From a virus: a DNA stretch of 64,000 bases. The notes below the pieces were generated by a model, which was not told the origin of the DNA, did not search any database, and saw only the letters and a list, made by a program, of their open reading frames with translations. How positions within the stretch are numbered: position 1 is the stretch's first letter; every line of letters begins with the position of its first letter. The stretch covers positions 64,001 to 128,000 of IMG/VR virus record IMGVR_UViG_3300034107_000314; one strand, 5' to 3'. Of this stretch, positions 42,736 through 55,158 are shown piece by piece. The position numbers were made by a program, and so were the translations under genes.

Positions 42736-45429
42736 ATATCACCTATAGTACATTTAACTGTATGCCTATCTCCTGAGTTCATTGTGATAGCAGTGTATCT
42801 CTCATGCAAGAATTGATTATCCAATTTAACTGTTTCATGCTCTTCTATAGAACATATATTACTAACTAATATATATACAGTTCCATTGTTGTAAGTTTCT
42901 AACTTTGCGAATTTATCAAGCATCATTTCTCCTTTTTATCTCTTGATCCATATCCTTGATTACTTCCAATAGAGCTAATACTAATTGTAAGGGCGAATCG
43001 CAATAGAATTCACGATTACCACTGGTATTTTCACGTTTAAGAACTTCTTCACCGTTGAAATAGATCTTATCGAATGTTGTAATATAGGCCATTATAAGTC
43101 TTCCTCATTTAACTTATGCAAAGGTAATGTGTCAAGGTACTTTTCCACCTTAATGAATTCTTCAAGTTCGCGATTTGGATCTATACCATCATATCCTTGC
43201 ATCCACGGTTCTAGGTATATTCTTGGAAGTTCACCAAATGATTGGTATTCTTCACCAAGATTGCAAACGCGAGGCAAACCACTTTCCTTGGCTATCTGAC
43301 CCAATCTTCGAACTTCAGCACAGATTTTAGGATATACCTCAGACTCAAATTTAAGATAATTTGCATACCAATTTTCTTCCGTCGATTCAATTGACATATT
43401 ATTACTCCACTTCTAATGCTTCAATAGCTTCTGATAATTTTCTGCATTGGTATTTTTTTTCATAATGCTTACCCTCGTATGTATCTGGGTCGCTTTCTCT
43501 TTCTTTTACATACTCCTTGTATAATTCATGATGAATCATCTCAAGACCTTTAACTAGATAATATATAGCGTCAGAATCGCTTGATTCATTTTTAACATGC
43601 ATAAACATCTTTAATAGTAATGCGGAAAATCTAGCCCCTTCATCAACGCTTGCTAATTCTTTTGACATATTATAAGCTCTCTTCTTTATTGTATAATCAA
43701 GAGTATTTACCGCCATCATTGCGACTTCTTCTAAAATCAGCTATGACAGCTTCTTCATCTAAAGAAATTTCAGTAATTTTTGTTATTTGTGCCGATAGAA
43801 TTATTGTGCTACACATTGTAACAGCAGACCATTCTGTATAAGCAGATATTAACATTGTGCAGATTCCATGTATATTTTCACATTCTACCTTAAACAGTTT
43901 CATTTTCATCTCCTGCAAATGGTTCTTTTTTATTTCTAGACTTGCCAGATCTGCGACCACATGTTGTGCATTTACCTCCACCGGGAGTTATGCTATCTAA
44001 GTCACATCTACAATAGAACATGACCTTCTTCGGTTTGCGTTTGTTTATCCTGTTAGGCTTTTCCATATTCAAGCTGCCCCATAACTTGTCTTGGTGCGTC
44101 TCGCATCTCGTTGACCAGTTCATCATACTGTTCGGGGTAAGAAGCTCTCAGACAAGCCCCCAGCTCGTCTAACAGAGGGTGAGAGTAATCTCTATTATCG
44201 CCCACCACTTCTTCGATTATAAACGACATTTGGGTGAAGTCAAGGCTATCCAGAGAATTTTCTTTAGCTTGCTCAATAAAATCCGTTATATCAGATGCTT
44301 GCTTATTTGTCATTAGTTTCCTTTTTAGCAGCCTTGTCTTGATAATATTTGACTAATTGTCTCTTCAAATCTTCAGTCTCTTTTTTTAAAGTTCCAACAG
44401 ATTCCTCATTTAATCTTCCTTCGTATATTCCATCGGCAGTCCACATTTGTACATAGTATGGCACTTTCATATGGTTGTATCTATCTATTTTAGGTTGAAG
44501 TAGGTCTACTTCAGTTGTAGCAAATACTACGCATTCCACAGATGGACTAGCAAAGCTAACCCACTCATCTTTTGCTATTAGTATATATATCATTCATGAA
44601 TTCTTTCATTTTAGTACACTTTGGACATAAAGTTTCCCACTCTTCATATGACCAATCTGAGTCTGGCGAGATCATCACATGCCTAGCCTCACCATTTCTT
44701 ATTGCTATATTAGATATGAATTGACCACAGTTATCACATTTAAACATTTAATCTTCCTTATTGTCGAGTTGCTTTCTTAGTTCTTCAATCTCTTTCTTTA
44801 ATCTCTCAATCATATCTTCTAAATCTTGAACATATCCACTTTTAAAGTATACCATCTCTATTAGAGTCCTTTGTCGTCTAGTCATTTATTTGTCCCCGGA
44901 ATTACAAAAGGCACAGAACTCTCGCCCCATGCCTTTATTATACCCTACTTACACGGCTTTGTCAAGAAGAAAACATCGTTTACCACCAAATAAGTATATA
45001 AACCGTTTCATCCTCAGCTATTCCCTGATCTTTTAAAAATTTGATCAGAAATGGATTACCATATTCGTATTCATCCTCGCTTGCTCCATCCTCTACATCA
45101 TTTGCATAATTTTCTTTTAGACTGCTTATTGAAACCTCGACATACGATTCATTAGAACGCCTTCCATATTGAAACGTCTCAAATATTTCATCTTTTAATT
45201 CTTCTGGACATGATCGGTCTTGGGGATCAAGCACCCATTGTTTTGACATGCAATTTTTTTTCAATTAATTATCTCCTAAAACGCTATCAAGTAAAATGTA
45301 GAATTGCACCATCAATAGAATAGTAATCTTGTCAATCATAGTACCACCTTTTCGTAGATATTTTGTTCCTTCGGACTTCCAGCTTTACGCCCACGCAAAT
45401 TGTTAAGAATGACACTGATAATAACAATA

Positions 45430-46011
45430 TTAACATAAGGATTTAACTCCTATAAGCACTCCAATACAAATGATTGACATTATAATTGTTGATGGTTCTG
45501 GCACTTGAGTTATTGGTGTTACGATAGCTGGGCTAAACCTTGGAGTGGCCAAGCTAAATACATTTTCACCTTGAATTGCCCCACTCATAAATAGCTTTAT
45601 ACTATAAGAGCCAGCAGTTAGATTGCCTGAGCTATGTGCTGTTATAGATGTATAGTTGCTCATCTGTGGTTCATTGAATGTTCCATACGTGATTATATTG
45701 TTAGTGCTTGTATTTTTAATCTCATAACTTATAACAGTTGGATTAGATGGATTAGTTGTTGCTGTAGCTGCTAGTATATTTACATATATTTCGCTTGAGC
45801 CAGTATTATCCGTTACGTTGAAGTTTGTGATGTACGAGCCGTACATGATATAAGAACTTGTTGCTCCATACGAAGCGCCGATTCCCCATGTAGGAGCTGT
45901 TGCTGGCGCACTTGGATTGCTTGAGTGGGGGACGGTTATCAAAAAGTCCATCGCATGGCCGACAGAACACCATCCAGCGAGAACAATAGCTAGACTTCGG
46001 AGTATTCTCAT
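45430..46011 (-). CDS. PEP-CTERM sorting-domain surface protein
   Basis: Signal peptide, Ser/Thr-rich body, C-terminal VPEPST followed by a hydrophobic helix and Lys; own TTGACA/TACAAT promoter at 46090-46117. Confidence 0.85.
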   Translation of the reverse strand: MRILRSLAIVLAGWCSVGHAMDFLITVPHSSNPSAPATAPTWGIGASYGATSSYIMYGSYITNFNVTDNTGSSEIYVNILAATATTNPSNPTVISYEIKNTSTNNIITYGTFNEPQMSNYTSITAHSSGNLTAGSYSIKLFMSGAIQGENVFSLATPRFSPAIVTPITQVPEPSTIIMSIICIGVLIGVKSLC

Positions 46012-47591
46012 TTGTTGCTTTCGTCAATATTGGGCTACACTTTACGCACTCCGTTCTAGTCAATACGAGAGATCCTATCTCACGAATCCATTGTATCACA
46101 GGCGATCTGAATGTCAAGGGGAAAAAGAAAAAGGCACAGAATTTTCATTCCATGCCTATTATATATTTTTTCTCTAGTTTTTTCTAATTAATCTTCTTTT
46201 TTCTCATTAGATTGTTCACTTTTGTTACGTTTTGCCAGCCTTTGATTGGATACATTACACTTCTTACATAAAGGATAATGTCTAAAATCGGTCTGTTGAA
46301 CTCTTTTACATTGAGTGCATGTGAATACTAGTACGCTTTGGCCATTTTTATTTTTAATACCCATATTTCTCACAAATCACCTATAAAGGGGTTAAAAACG
46401 CCTTAATTGAGGCTATAAAGGCCATAAATAAGACATAAACTATATATAAACACTAAAACAGACATAATAAAACTAATAGGACTAATAGAGAATAATACAT
46501 TAGATAGATTAACTATAATAGATCTAATAGATAGGTTGGTTTGATTATCTTTTTTATTTGTATTACCCTCTATAATCTGATTACGCACGGTCCCCTCCAT
46601 ATACACAAAATAACGTAATATTAATATGATATCACTTTAATATCACTTAAATATCAATGATTTTACACTCATTTTTTTCATCAAACAGCTTAATTTGTAG
46701 GTTATTGTAAGAAAAGTAGTATGAAACGATATCATAGTTATTAGAATCATTTAGTTTAACCCAAAAGTTGACACGACCCGCCTCATGTTTGTAAAATATA
46801 GTGTCAGTTTTGATAGTATCTGCTGGTTTGGTGATATTCCTTGTAAGAGCTACTCTAATCTTGGCTTCTTCTCTATTCATTTTTGGACTCTCACTCTCTA
46901 CAGTACGCTTTTGGACTGGACGAGTTGCGGTTTTGATCATTTCATTGCCCTCTCTATATAGAATATACACTTTTTTGCCGTTTCTACCATAATTATACCA
47001 GTTTTTTTTAAGAAGTCAACAAAAAACACTTAAAAATTGTGTATATATTAATAGGAAAGAATATATTGCAAGCTTAACATGACAGATCCATTCGCACTCT
47101 TAACATGACAGCTCTCCTGAATATAGAAAATTCCTAAAATGTTAGTTGCCTCTGTTCTATATAGCCTATCTTGACACTTGCTGTATCTGGGACTTCATCC
47201 CCCACACACGCAGGTTTATTCCCATTTATAGAAATAATTTTAAAATACCATTCTTTTGATCGGCGATTGTGGTTGCCGTTTTCACTGTTCACTGGTATCA
47301 TCATAGTGTAATGAAATGAAGTCTTGGTGAACTCCCATGAGGAGACGAATGGGTTGTGAACTAAGACGCAATGGAATGGAAGTATGGGGATTCAGAATCT
47401 CTATAGAAACAGGTTTTAATTTAAGGGTTTGAGATTTATACTTAGAGCCTTTAAAGAATATTAGCAAGTAAAGAAATATAAGTATGGTTAAGAGAATAAT
47501 ACAATGGTTACTTCTTATCTTGCTAATATACTTCAGTAAGTATTGTAAGAATAGAAGAACACTAACATACAGTTTAATCAAGGAGAGTACA

Positions 47592-47939
47592 ATGGGTTTA
47601 ATTTACGAAGTTGGTTTGGCTAGTTCAGTATCACCAGATGTTGTTAAGAGAGTACTGAGTGTAACAGTAGATGGTGCGGAAGTTGTAACAGAAGTGGACA
47701 CTACTGCTACAAAATATGTGTTAGCTCCTGTTAAAGAGGGCGCTAATGTGACGGTGGCCCTGAAGGATGTGGATGACGCTGGCAATTCAAGCGAGTGGGC
47801 CACTGTAAGCTTTGTGGCAAAGGATACGCTCCCTCCAGAGACTCCGGGCGCTCCTACAGTCACTCTAGTAGAAGAAGTGGCCGATCCTGCCCCTGTGGTC
47901 ATTGAAGGTGACGCTGTGGTTATTCCAACTGAAGGTTGA
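47592..47939 (+). CDS. Ig-like/FnIII-like beta-sandwich protein
   Basis: AGGAG RBS; VTVALKDVDDAGNSSEW...DTLPPETP; followed by a terminator. Confidence 0.65.
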   Translation: MGLIYEVGLASSVSPDVVKRVLSVTVDGAEVVTEVDTTATKYVLAPVKEGANVTVALKDVDDAGNSSEWATVSFVAKDTLPPETPGAPTVTLVEEVADPAPVVIEGDAVVIPTEG

Positions 47940-47961
47940 TTTAGCTATATATAAACAAAAT

Positions 47962-47993
47962 AAGCCCAGAGGAATTAACCTCCGGGCTTTTTT
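47962..47993 (+). terminator. Rho-independent terminator, probably bidirectional
   Basis: AAGCCCAGAGG-AATTAA-CCTCCGGGCTT followed by a T run. Confidence 0.8.
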
Positions 47994-48061
47994 ATTATAC
48001 TTTTGGCATGAAAGTTACACTAGATTATTTAAAGTATAAAAGTAATATCTTAGCGTGCAAC

Positions 48062-48726
48062 TAAAAGTTAGCTGACTATGGCTATCCTGACGAATCTTAA
48101 TATATAAGATGTTACAAGTCTAGACCATAGTCATCTGCATCATCTGATTTTGCTAGGCACAATTCCCTCCATAGGGATTCTGCAAAGCTGACCAAATACT
48201 TAACACGGTCAGGGCTAGTGACTTCCCTAACACTATTTTTATATACTTCTACTGCTAATTCTGAACAGAAGAAATCTGCTAAGAAGCTCGCCTTGTCAAG
48301 TTCATCGTCCATATTGTATTCCTTAAAAGTTAGCTGACTGTGGCTCATCCTGCGAATCATAATAGATAAGGTGATACATTTAGTTTATGATATCCGAATA
48401 TAAATAGTTAGGTGAACTAAGCCTGTATCAAGGCGATTATTTCTAATCAAATCCTACTTGTCTTTATATCCATATTAATATTATACCAGAGGGTCTATGA
48501 ATTGTCAACTATAAAATTTAAATTACAATGGTCTTGGCATACACCCTGTGGTAGTTCCACCCGGACGTGGAGTATAAACAATTCCAATAGGTCTAGAAAC
48601 TGAAGTCTTAATAAGTTTAACTAATACATCAGGCTTTGGCGGTGGCGGTGGAACGTACATTTTGATTCTCCTAAAAGTTAGCTGACTGTCACTATTCCCA
48701 CGAATCTTATTATATAAGATGATACA
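48062..48726. repeat. Three copies of a ~55-bp repeat (48062-48116, 48324-48378, 48672-48726) interleaved with small ORFs
   Basis: TAAAAGTTAGCTGACTRT-N11-CGAATCwTAwTAkATAAGrTGwTACA. Confidence 0.9.
48523..48660 (-). CDS. 45-aa Pro-rich peptide (not in the ORF track)
   Basis: MYVPPPPPKPDVLVKLIKTSVSRPIGIVYTPRPGGTTTGCMPRPL; AGGAG RBS at the edge of the repeat. Confidence 0.55.
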   Translation of the reverse strand: MYVPPPPPKPDVLVKLIKTSVSRPIGIVYTPRPGGTTTGCMPRPL

Positions 48727-48786
48727 AAAAAATCCAAAAAAAAGGCCGGAGGGACAAAGCCCCCCAACCCCTCCAAACCCCCCAAG

Positions 48787-49962
48787 TCACCCAGCCGCTG
48801 CGAACACCTCATCTATCTGTTCTGACGTAATCGTCTTAGAGTACGCATTCAGCCTATCCCAATCATTCTCCGTATAGCTCGTAAGTTGTCCGCCCAACTC
48901 ATCGAACTTGACCCAAGTCTCATTGGAGAGATTTTGCCCAGCCCTTGTGATAGAATTGACAATTCCAAACAAGTTCCGATCATCTTTCTCAAATGTGGCA
49001 AACTGAGTTAAGACTTCTCTGCTCTCAGTTTTATCTAGTTTACTCCTAAGACATACAGCACCTAAGATTTGTTTCATCGAACCTTCAACCTTTAAAGTTT
49101 GCAGGCCGAGGAACTTTCTAACACCAATTGGAATTAGTGGTAGTTGCTTCTCAATATTATCGACGATACGCTTCTTAAGGTCAACTAGGTCAATCTTACC
49201 GATGTGACGACGATCAATCATCTCGCCCTCAGTTTTGCCCCAGATACAGCCGTTCATACAGATAGACCTGAACAGGCTAGGCTTTTGACTAATCCTACGC
49301 TTGCCGATCTCACAATTCCCAACCGAGAGCATTCCACCATAGTCTGAGTCATCGCTTTGACCATAGTCAATAATACTGTCAGGTAATAGGAGATTACCAT
49401 AGATAGTATCATCGTCGCCCCGCCAGTGAGAATACATGGAACCCGGCAGATGCTCGTTCATCGTTTCGAGATACCATCTATTATCAATCGGTGCATATCT
49501 ATCGCTGACAAATGCACGAAGTGTACCATCGCTATAAGCACGAAGTCGATATTTCTTATCCTTGTCCGCTCTTCGCATAGCATTTTTAGCAATACGAACA
49601 GCAACGTCCGAATCTTCCCAATCCGAATCATCTTGATTCAATAGCTCCCGAATGACTGTTGACGATGGCAGCTTGAGCCGCCCAGCGAATTGGCCCAATG
49701 CCCATTCTGTTGGTTTATATTGTTTACCTGCAACTTCGAAGGCAAACTTGCCGCCCTCACCTACCACTGGTTCGATATCTGACAATGGAACCAGCATGTC
49801 CTCACGTTCCTCAGCAGACCGTTGAACAGTTTCCATCACCTGATCGAACGATTGGCACTTTTTAGCCCAGATCTTTGACACATGGAATCCATCGGCAAAG
49901 CCTTGTTGAGCCTTGACGAATGCACCAGCAGACTTGTCACTCTTGATCTCTAGCGTACTCAT
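48787..49962 (-). CDS. DUF932-like phage/plasmid protein
   Basis: LRAFVSDRYAPIDN; GNCEIG...FRSICMNG; NLFGIVNSITRAG. Confidence 0.7.
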   Translation of the reverse strand: MSTLEIKSDKSAGAFVKAQQGFADGFHVSKIWAKKCQSFDQVMETVQRSAEEREDMLVPLSDIEPVVGEGGKFAFEVAGKQYKPTEWALGQFAGRLKLPSSTVIRELLNQDDSDWEDSDVAVRIAKNAMRRADKDKKYRLRAYSDGTLRAFVSDRYAPIDNRWYLETMNEHLPGSMYSHWRGDDDTIYGNLLLPDSIIDYGQSDDSDYGGMLSVGNCEIGKRRISQKPSLFRSICMNGCIWGKTEGEMIDRRHIGKIDLVDLKKRIVDNIEKQLPLIPIGVRKFLGLQTLKVEGSMKQILGAVCLRSKLDKTESREVLTQFATFEKDDRNLFGIVNSITRAGQNLSNETWVKFDELGGQLTSYTENDWDRLNAYSKTITSEQIDEVFAAAG

Positions 49963-52432
49963 ATCTTTTGTCCTGCAATACTTGGTTAGTTGTTGTCTTC
50001 CTTACTCTTATATTATACCACAGGATTTCACCTTGTCAAGAGTTAAGAATACATTTCTTTCAATTCATTTACTTCCATCTGAGTGTTTACTATGTTCAAG
50101 GCCACTAGCATAGCAAAGTAGATTTGCTGCGATAGTTCCTTGTCACCCTGACTTACTTGATTAGCAAGTGTATAAACCAAGGTAGATAAGACTCTATTCT
50201 CTTTATTGAGTTCAAGAGCCTTATCCTTAGCATACTTGAGCAGATCTCTCATAGCCTCTCTATGGACACTCTCTCCCACTTCTACGTCAATCTTTGGTAG
50301 CATCATTTATCACTCTCACTTCTACAACAGGATATCCGACCCAAGCATTATATGCCACAGGAACTTCACGCATGATCCTTTCTCTGAGTTCAGGAGTCAT
50401 GTAATATTCGACGACTTTTAGGATCTGCTCTTTTTGGTGATGCGTCATGCTCATTATTTGATCTCGTACTTATAGGTTTTTTCTTCGTAGACTAAAGGCT
50501 TTGCCGTACTTACACCCTCTACGATTGCAAGACGATAGCCAAGACGTTCGAGAGCCTCATAGTGAGCAGCATCGCTTGACTGTACGTCACAATAGCCACC
50601 TTCTTCAGCGTCACGAATGTTTGCATCGGCCTTGAACTCCGCTTCTAAATCTTGTGACTCGCCAGTTTTTTCGTTGGTTAGGACAAATTTCCAGCTACGC
50701 ATTGTTGATTCTCCAATGTCACTTTCATGTTATGTACTAGTAGTTTGCTACCACTCATTGTCACTGTAGATATTGTACCATCTGGAGTCTTGCATGTCAA
50801 GATCCAAAGTTGATTATGTCGAACGATTTCGTAGGTGTTCATGATTGTCCCCAATTCTCAATTTCGTATTGTGTTTCGCCAGCGTTTCGAGCGTAGATAG
50901 TTTTATCACTTGCGTAGGGATGGTCAAAGTTGAAAGGCTTATAGATCTCATACTTATATAGAGACCCATTCGTCTTTTTTACTACCAGCCCTTTGGACTT
51001 AGCTAGTTGTTCAAGAGCTTTGAGTGTTAATCTCATTTGTCAATATCCTCTGGTAAGGGAAATCCACCAATGACAGGACAGTTATCTCCATCCAATTCGC
51101 CTTGAGTTCGGATACCCATATTCTCTAGCTCAGCCTCAAACGCCTCTTGACTATCTAATAGACGATCAAGCAGTGTTATTTGATAGTATTCAATTAGACT
51201 TTCTATATCCATACTGTCAACCGACAACTGAGCCAGATTCTTACAATTACTGTATGTGTTCTCGATCATATCTTTCCCTTTCTTGTACTGCAATTATATC
51301 ATATGAGGGGCTGAATGTCAACCCCCCAAGCTATATATTTTTAGTCAATCTGGGCGAGCAGTTCGCCAGCACGCTTGGCCGCGATGATTTCGGCCAGCTT
51401 GGAGAGATCCTTCTTAGGCTTGCGAACTTCGTCGCTTCGTCGCATGGTCGGCAGTTCTACGCCAACTTCCTTAAGCTCTTTGCGGAGCTTGAGAGCCTTC
51501 TGGTAAGACGTTTCAAGGTCAAGGCCAAAATGGTCGGCAACGTCTTGGATCGTGCCACTGGTGACGTTTGTAGCGGCATCAAAGCCACGTTGGAAAACAT
51601 CCATATAAACAGACACAAAATCTTCAGCATTGATGAACTTGCGTGTTGTTTTAGCCATCGGTATAGATCTCTTTCTTTAGATAGAAGATAGTGGATTTGG
51701 CTTCAAACCAGTCGTGAGTGAGATCCACTTAACTCATCATACGTTTGACTGGCTATACTACTATTATACAGGATAGAACGCAGTTGTCAAGACTTACTTG
51801 GTGAAAATTACAGGATTCACCATTTTTACACATGAGAGGGAAGCAATGCGATTGAACCCCTTGTCAGTGTATTGCAGGACGACATATTGACCATTAGAGC
51901 TTACACCCTGACGAATGATCTTACCATCACGAACCTTGAGGATATTACGATTGCCGCCTACAGGGTAGGAAACAACCAACTTACGACCGTTGCGAACATT
52001 GATTGACTTGAGCATATCTTAGATCTCCTTAGAACTGACACTTGGTTACTGACCACACATATATTCTAACACAGGTGAGTTTACTTGTCAAGCATACGGC
52101 CAATAATCTGATTTTATTTCATGTTTCAGATCCTTGACCTCAGCTTCAAGTAGAACTACGTATTCCTCTAGCTTTTTATGTATTTCTTGATAGTAGCGGT
52201 CAGCTTGTGACCCTTCCCAATCATAACCATAATCCTTAACCTGATTAAGAATGCACTCGTCATATTTCTGTCTAGTAGAGGCAAGCTCATTTTTCACCTG
52301 TTCAATCTTACTCATCTTTTCACTCCACTTCGTTTCGTTCGTTTCTCACTTCCTTACTCCTATATTATACATCATAGAAAGCTGTTGTCAAGCCCTGTGG
52401 GGTGTTATTTTGGAGATTATTTTATATTGTTG

Positions 52433-52509
52433 TAAGTGCTTGTGGTGTAAGGACTTGCGGCGAGGCGCGCTAGCGGGGTCGCTGTAAATCCTTACGTAGT
52501 AAGTACTTA
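52433..52509. repeat. Bipartite palindromic element, copy A
   Basis: TAAGTGCTT-GTGGTGT-AAGGACTTG, 27-bp GC-rich spacer, TAAATCCTT-ACGTAGT-AAGTACTTA. Confidence 0.85.
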
Positions 52510-52553
52510 CGAAAAAACCCACCGCAACGAGCGATGGGCCACTTTAAAAGGAA

Positions 52554-52627
52554 TACCCCGATCAGGATTTGAACCTGAAACCTACAGCTTAGAAGGCTGT
52601 TGCTCTATCCAATTGAGCTATCGGGGC
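52554..52627 (-). tRNA. tRNA-Arg(TCT)
   Basis: ACAGC-CTTCTAA-GCTGT. Confidence 0.93.
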
Positions 52628-52698
52628 TTATATTGAGTATTTTGGTCATAAGATAATCTCAGGTAAGAATACTCAAACTTACTTTAGTGATTATCTAA

Positions 52699-52783
52699 TA
52701 CGGATGATGGGAATCGAACCCATATGAGGTTTAATCCTCGACAGATTTTAAGTCTGTTGCGTATACCATTTCGCCACATCCGC
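52699..52783 (-). tRNA. tRNA-Leu(TAA)
   Basis: ACAGA-CTTAAAA-TCTGT; long variable arm. Confidence 0.93.
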
Positions 52784-52788
52784 ATGAA

Positions 52789-52861
52789 TACCCCTACGGA
52801 GAATTGAACTCCGGTTTCAAGATTGAAAATCTTGCGTCCTAGGCCACTAGACGATAAGGGC
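52789..52861 (-). tRNA. tRNA-Glu(TTC)
   Basis: CAAGA-TTTTCAA-TCTTG. Confidence 0.92.
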
Positions 52862-52870
52862 ATTTACCAC

Positions 52871-52943
52871 TTGGCCTATCGGGGTACGATCCCGAAACCT
52901 GTCACTTATAAGGTGACTGCTCTACCAATTGAGCTATAGGCCA
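52871..52943 (-). tRNA. tRNA-Ile(TAT)
   Basis: GTCAC-CTTATAA-GTGAC; T-loop ATCGTAC; A73. Confidence 0.88.
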
Positions 52944-54956
52944 GTAGATGCCATTTTTGGACTGAAGTCAATCTCGTTTGGGAAATGGCAAACCCAACTT
53001 CATTGATCGACTATCTTATTATATCACTTCACTTTCAGTTTGTCAACTAGACGCCTGAGAAAACTCTTGTTAATCTTCTGGACATTTACGAGACGACCAT
53101 CGTAGAATGACTTGATTTTATTATCACTCAACTGAATGGTCAGCAAATACTGTGATCTCTCAAGATCCATGTTACGCAAGATTGTCTCGTATCGCAGTCT
53201 ATGTTCAAACATATCACGAACTTGGATTACAGTACCTTCATATTCCTTGATCTCATATAGGGTATGAGCAGGAAGATGAGTACGATCTAATTTCCGTTCG
53301 ATGTACTGGAACTTGACTTTGTTACCAGCGGTCAATTGTGCGATCATCTCTATCTTCTCCTGAAAGGTTTGAATCATCTTCATCTCACTACTCTATTATA
53401 CCATCTCGTATTCACTTGTCAAGCAACTTTTTCGAGAACTTTCCTCGAATCTGTATTCGCCAGCAAAGATTTCGTTCAACGTCTCTAGGCTAGCAATGAA
53501 GTCACGATAAGATGAGAACTCATCAATATCGGTTTTTTGGTTATCGTATACTTTGCCAGTTGACAGGTTTGTCATCTTGTAGAAATAGATCATTCGTCTT
53601 CTCCTATTTCAAAAACTTCCCAGTCGTCTACATCCTTAGTAGAAAAATACTCTACAGTATAAGGATACTGTTCTATCTTCTCATTTGCTATTTCTTTAGC
53701 ATGATCTCTATTCTCAGCTTCAACGTCGATATCAACGCCGTGAATTTCGTACACTCTGACGACATACTTCTTCATACATTACCCCGGATAGATAGAGATA
53801 TTGAAACCACTCAAGAACGCATCGGACAACAGCTCAAATCGACCACCACCGTGGCTTGGCATGAAGATATGAATATCTCCATTATCTGCGATGTTACCAG
53901 AGAACATCTTATCAAGAGTTGGCACATACAGCAAGCAGTTCGTTTCCATCACTCACTCCCTTTCTTACTACTCTATTGTATCACACGATCCTGTCTTGTC
54001 AAGCTCAAAATGCCTTAATCGTAAGATTTTGAATTGGCAAGAGAGAGATGTTTATCACTTTGGGCTGCTTTGGTTCTTCGACCCTTACCTCTACGCTTCC
54101 CACTTTGGGAGCTACCAGAGCAGGAAATGGGGCTTCCCGCTTCTGGAAGTGTTTGCATCCACTGCATGACAGGATCAAAACCGCAATAATCGTCAATCGC
54201 ATAGGTCACTCCTTTGTTAGTTTCCCTATATATATTATCGACATTTTGCGGCTCCCTATCCAGCTTATTCTCCCAAAATTCAGCAGAAAATTCAAGAACA
54301 TCTCTCATCGGCTACACTCCCTATAAAAAATTAAACTTCTTCAGGCCAGTTAAACCACAGTTGAGGTTGATTCTTATCTATAAGATAGTCTTCATCATCA
54401 TTATCTAGCATGAGTGCATCATGATCTAGTATATATGTTGAATCGTTTTCTACATCGTACAATTGAATGTCAGTGTCCAAGAAACGCTCATCAATCTGAG
54501 CTTCTTTAAGTTCACGCCATGTCATGGTCGATATCCCTTTTATCAGTGGTTCGTTCCCACCGTTGTTTATGTTCTACTACATCATGCAAATATTTCTTGC
54601 CATCGCTGTTGAATGTCCATACATCCATCACTTCTTCCTGTTCAGGGATGATAAGATCGTCATCACCACTTGGGTCGTACCCCTTAAGAGCTTCGCGAGT
54701 TGCCCCCCGAAGTTTCTTGTTACATTGTTTCTTGCTACTCTTATCAGAGTCACCAGCGATTTTGAAGATTGGCGTTTTGCGATATGACTTACCCACTTTA
54801 TTCTCCACTTTCAGGACATGAGATGCTTAGCATAATTCCACACATGAATAGCGTAAATACCATCATAGATTATACCTTCATTAAAACCTCCAACAGAGCC
54901 GACAGATTGTTGTGTATCATGATACTATTATACCATACGGATACAGGAATGTCAAG

Positions 54957-55028
54957 AGCCGAGGGAGGGATTTGAACCCCCAACCTTTGCTTTACAAAAG
55001 CACTGCTCTACCGTTGAGCTACCCCGGC
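54957..55028 (-). tRNA. tRNA-Thr(TGT)
   Basis: TGCT-TTTGTAA-AGCA; acceptor GCCGGGG/CCTCGGC. Confidence 0.92.
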
Positions 55029-55031
55029 GAA

Positions 55032-55103
55032 TGGAACTACTGGGGGACGATCCCAGACTAACACATTAAAAGTGTGCGGTGCTGCCAGTTACACCATAGT
55101 TCC
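55032..55103 (-). tRNA. tRNA-Lys(TTT)
   Basis: GCACA-CTTTTAA-TGTGT; T-loop ATCGTCC. Confidence 0.88.
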
Positions 55104-55158
55104 AAGCTAGGACCACATAATGGTCCCGTTTCATATCGCACACATGGTACGACAGAAG

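Noticed and set aside
48734-48786. G-rich minus-strand tract as a G-quadruplex
   Set aside because: More simply explained as the intrinsic terminator of the DUF932-like gene (GGTTGGGGGGC/GTCCCTCCGGCC plus a T run)
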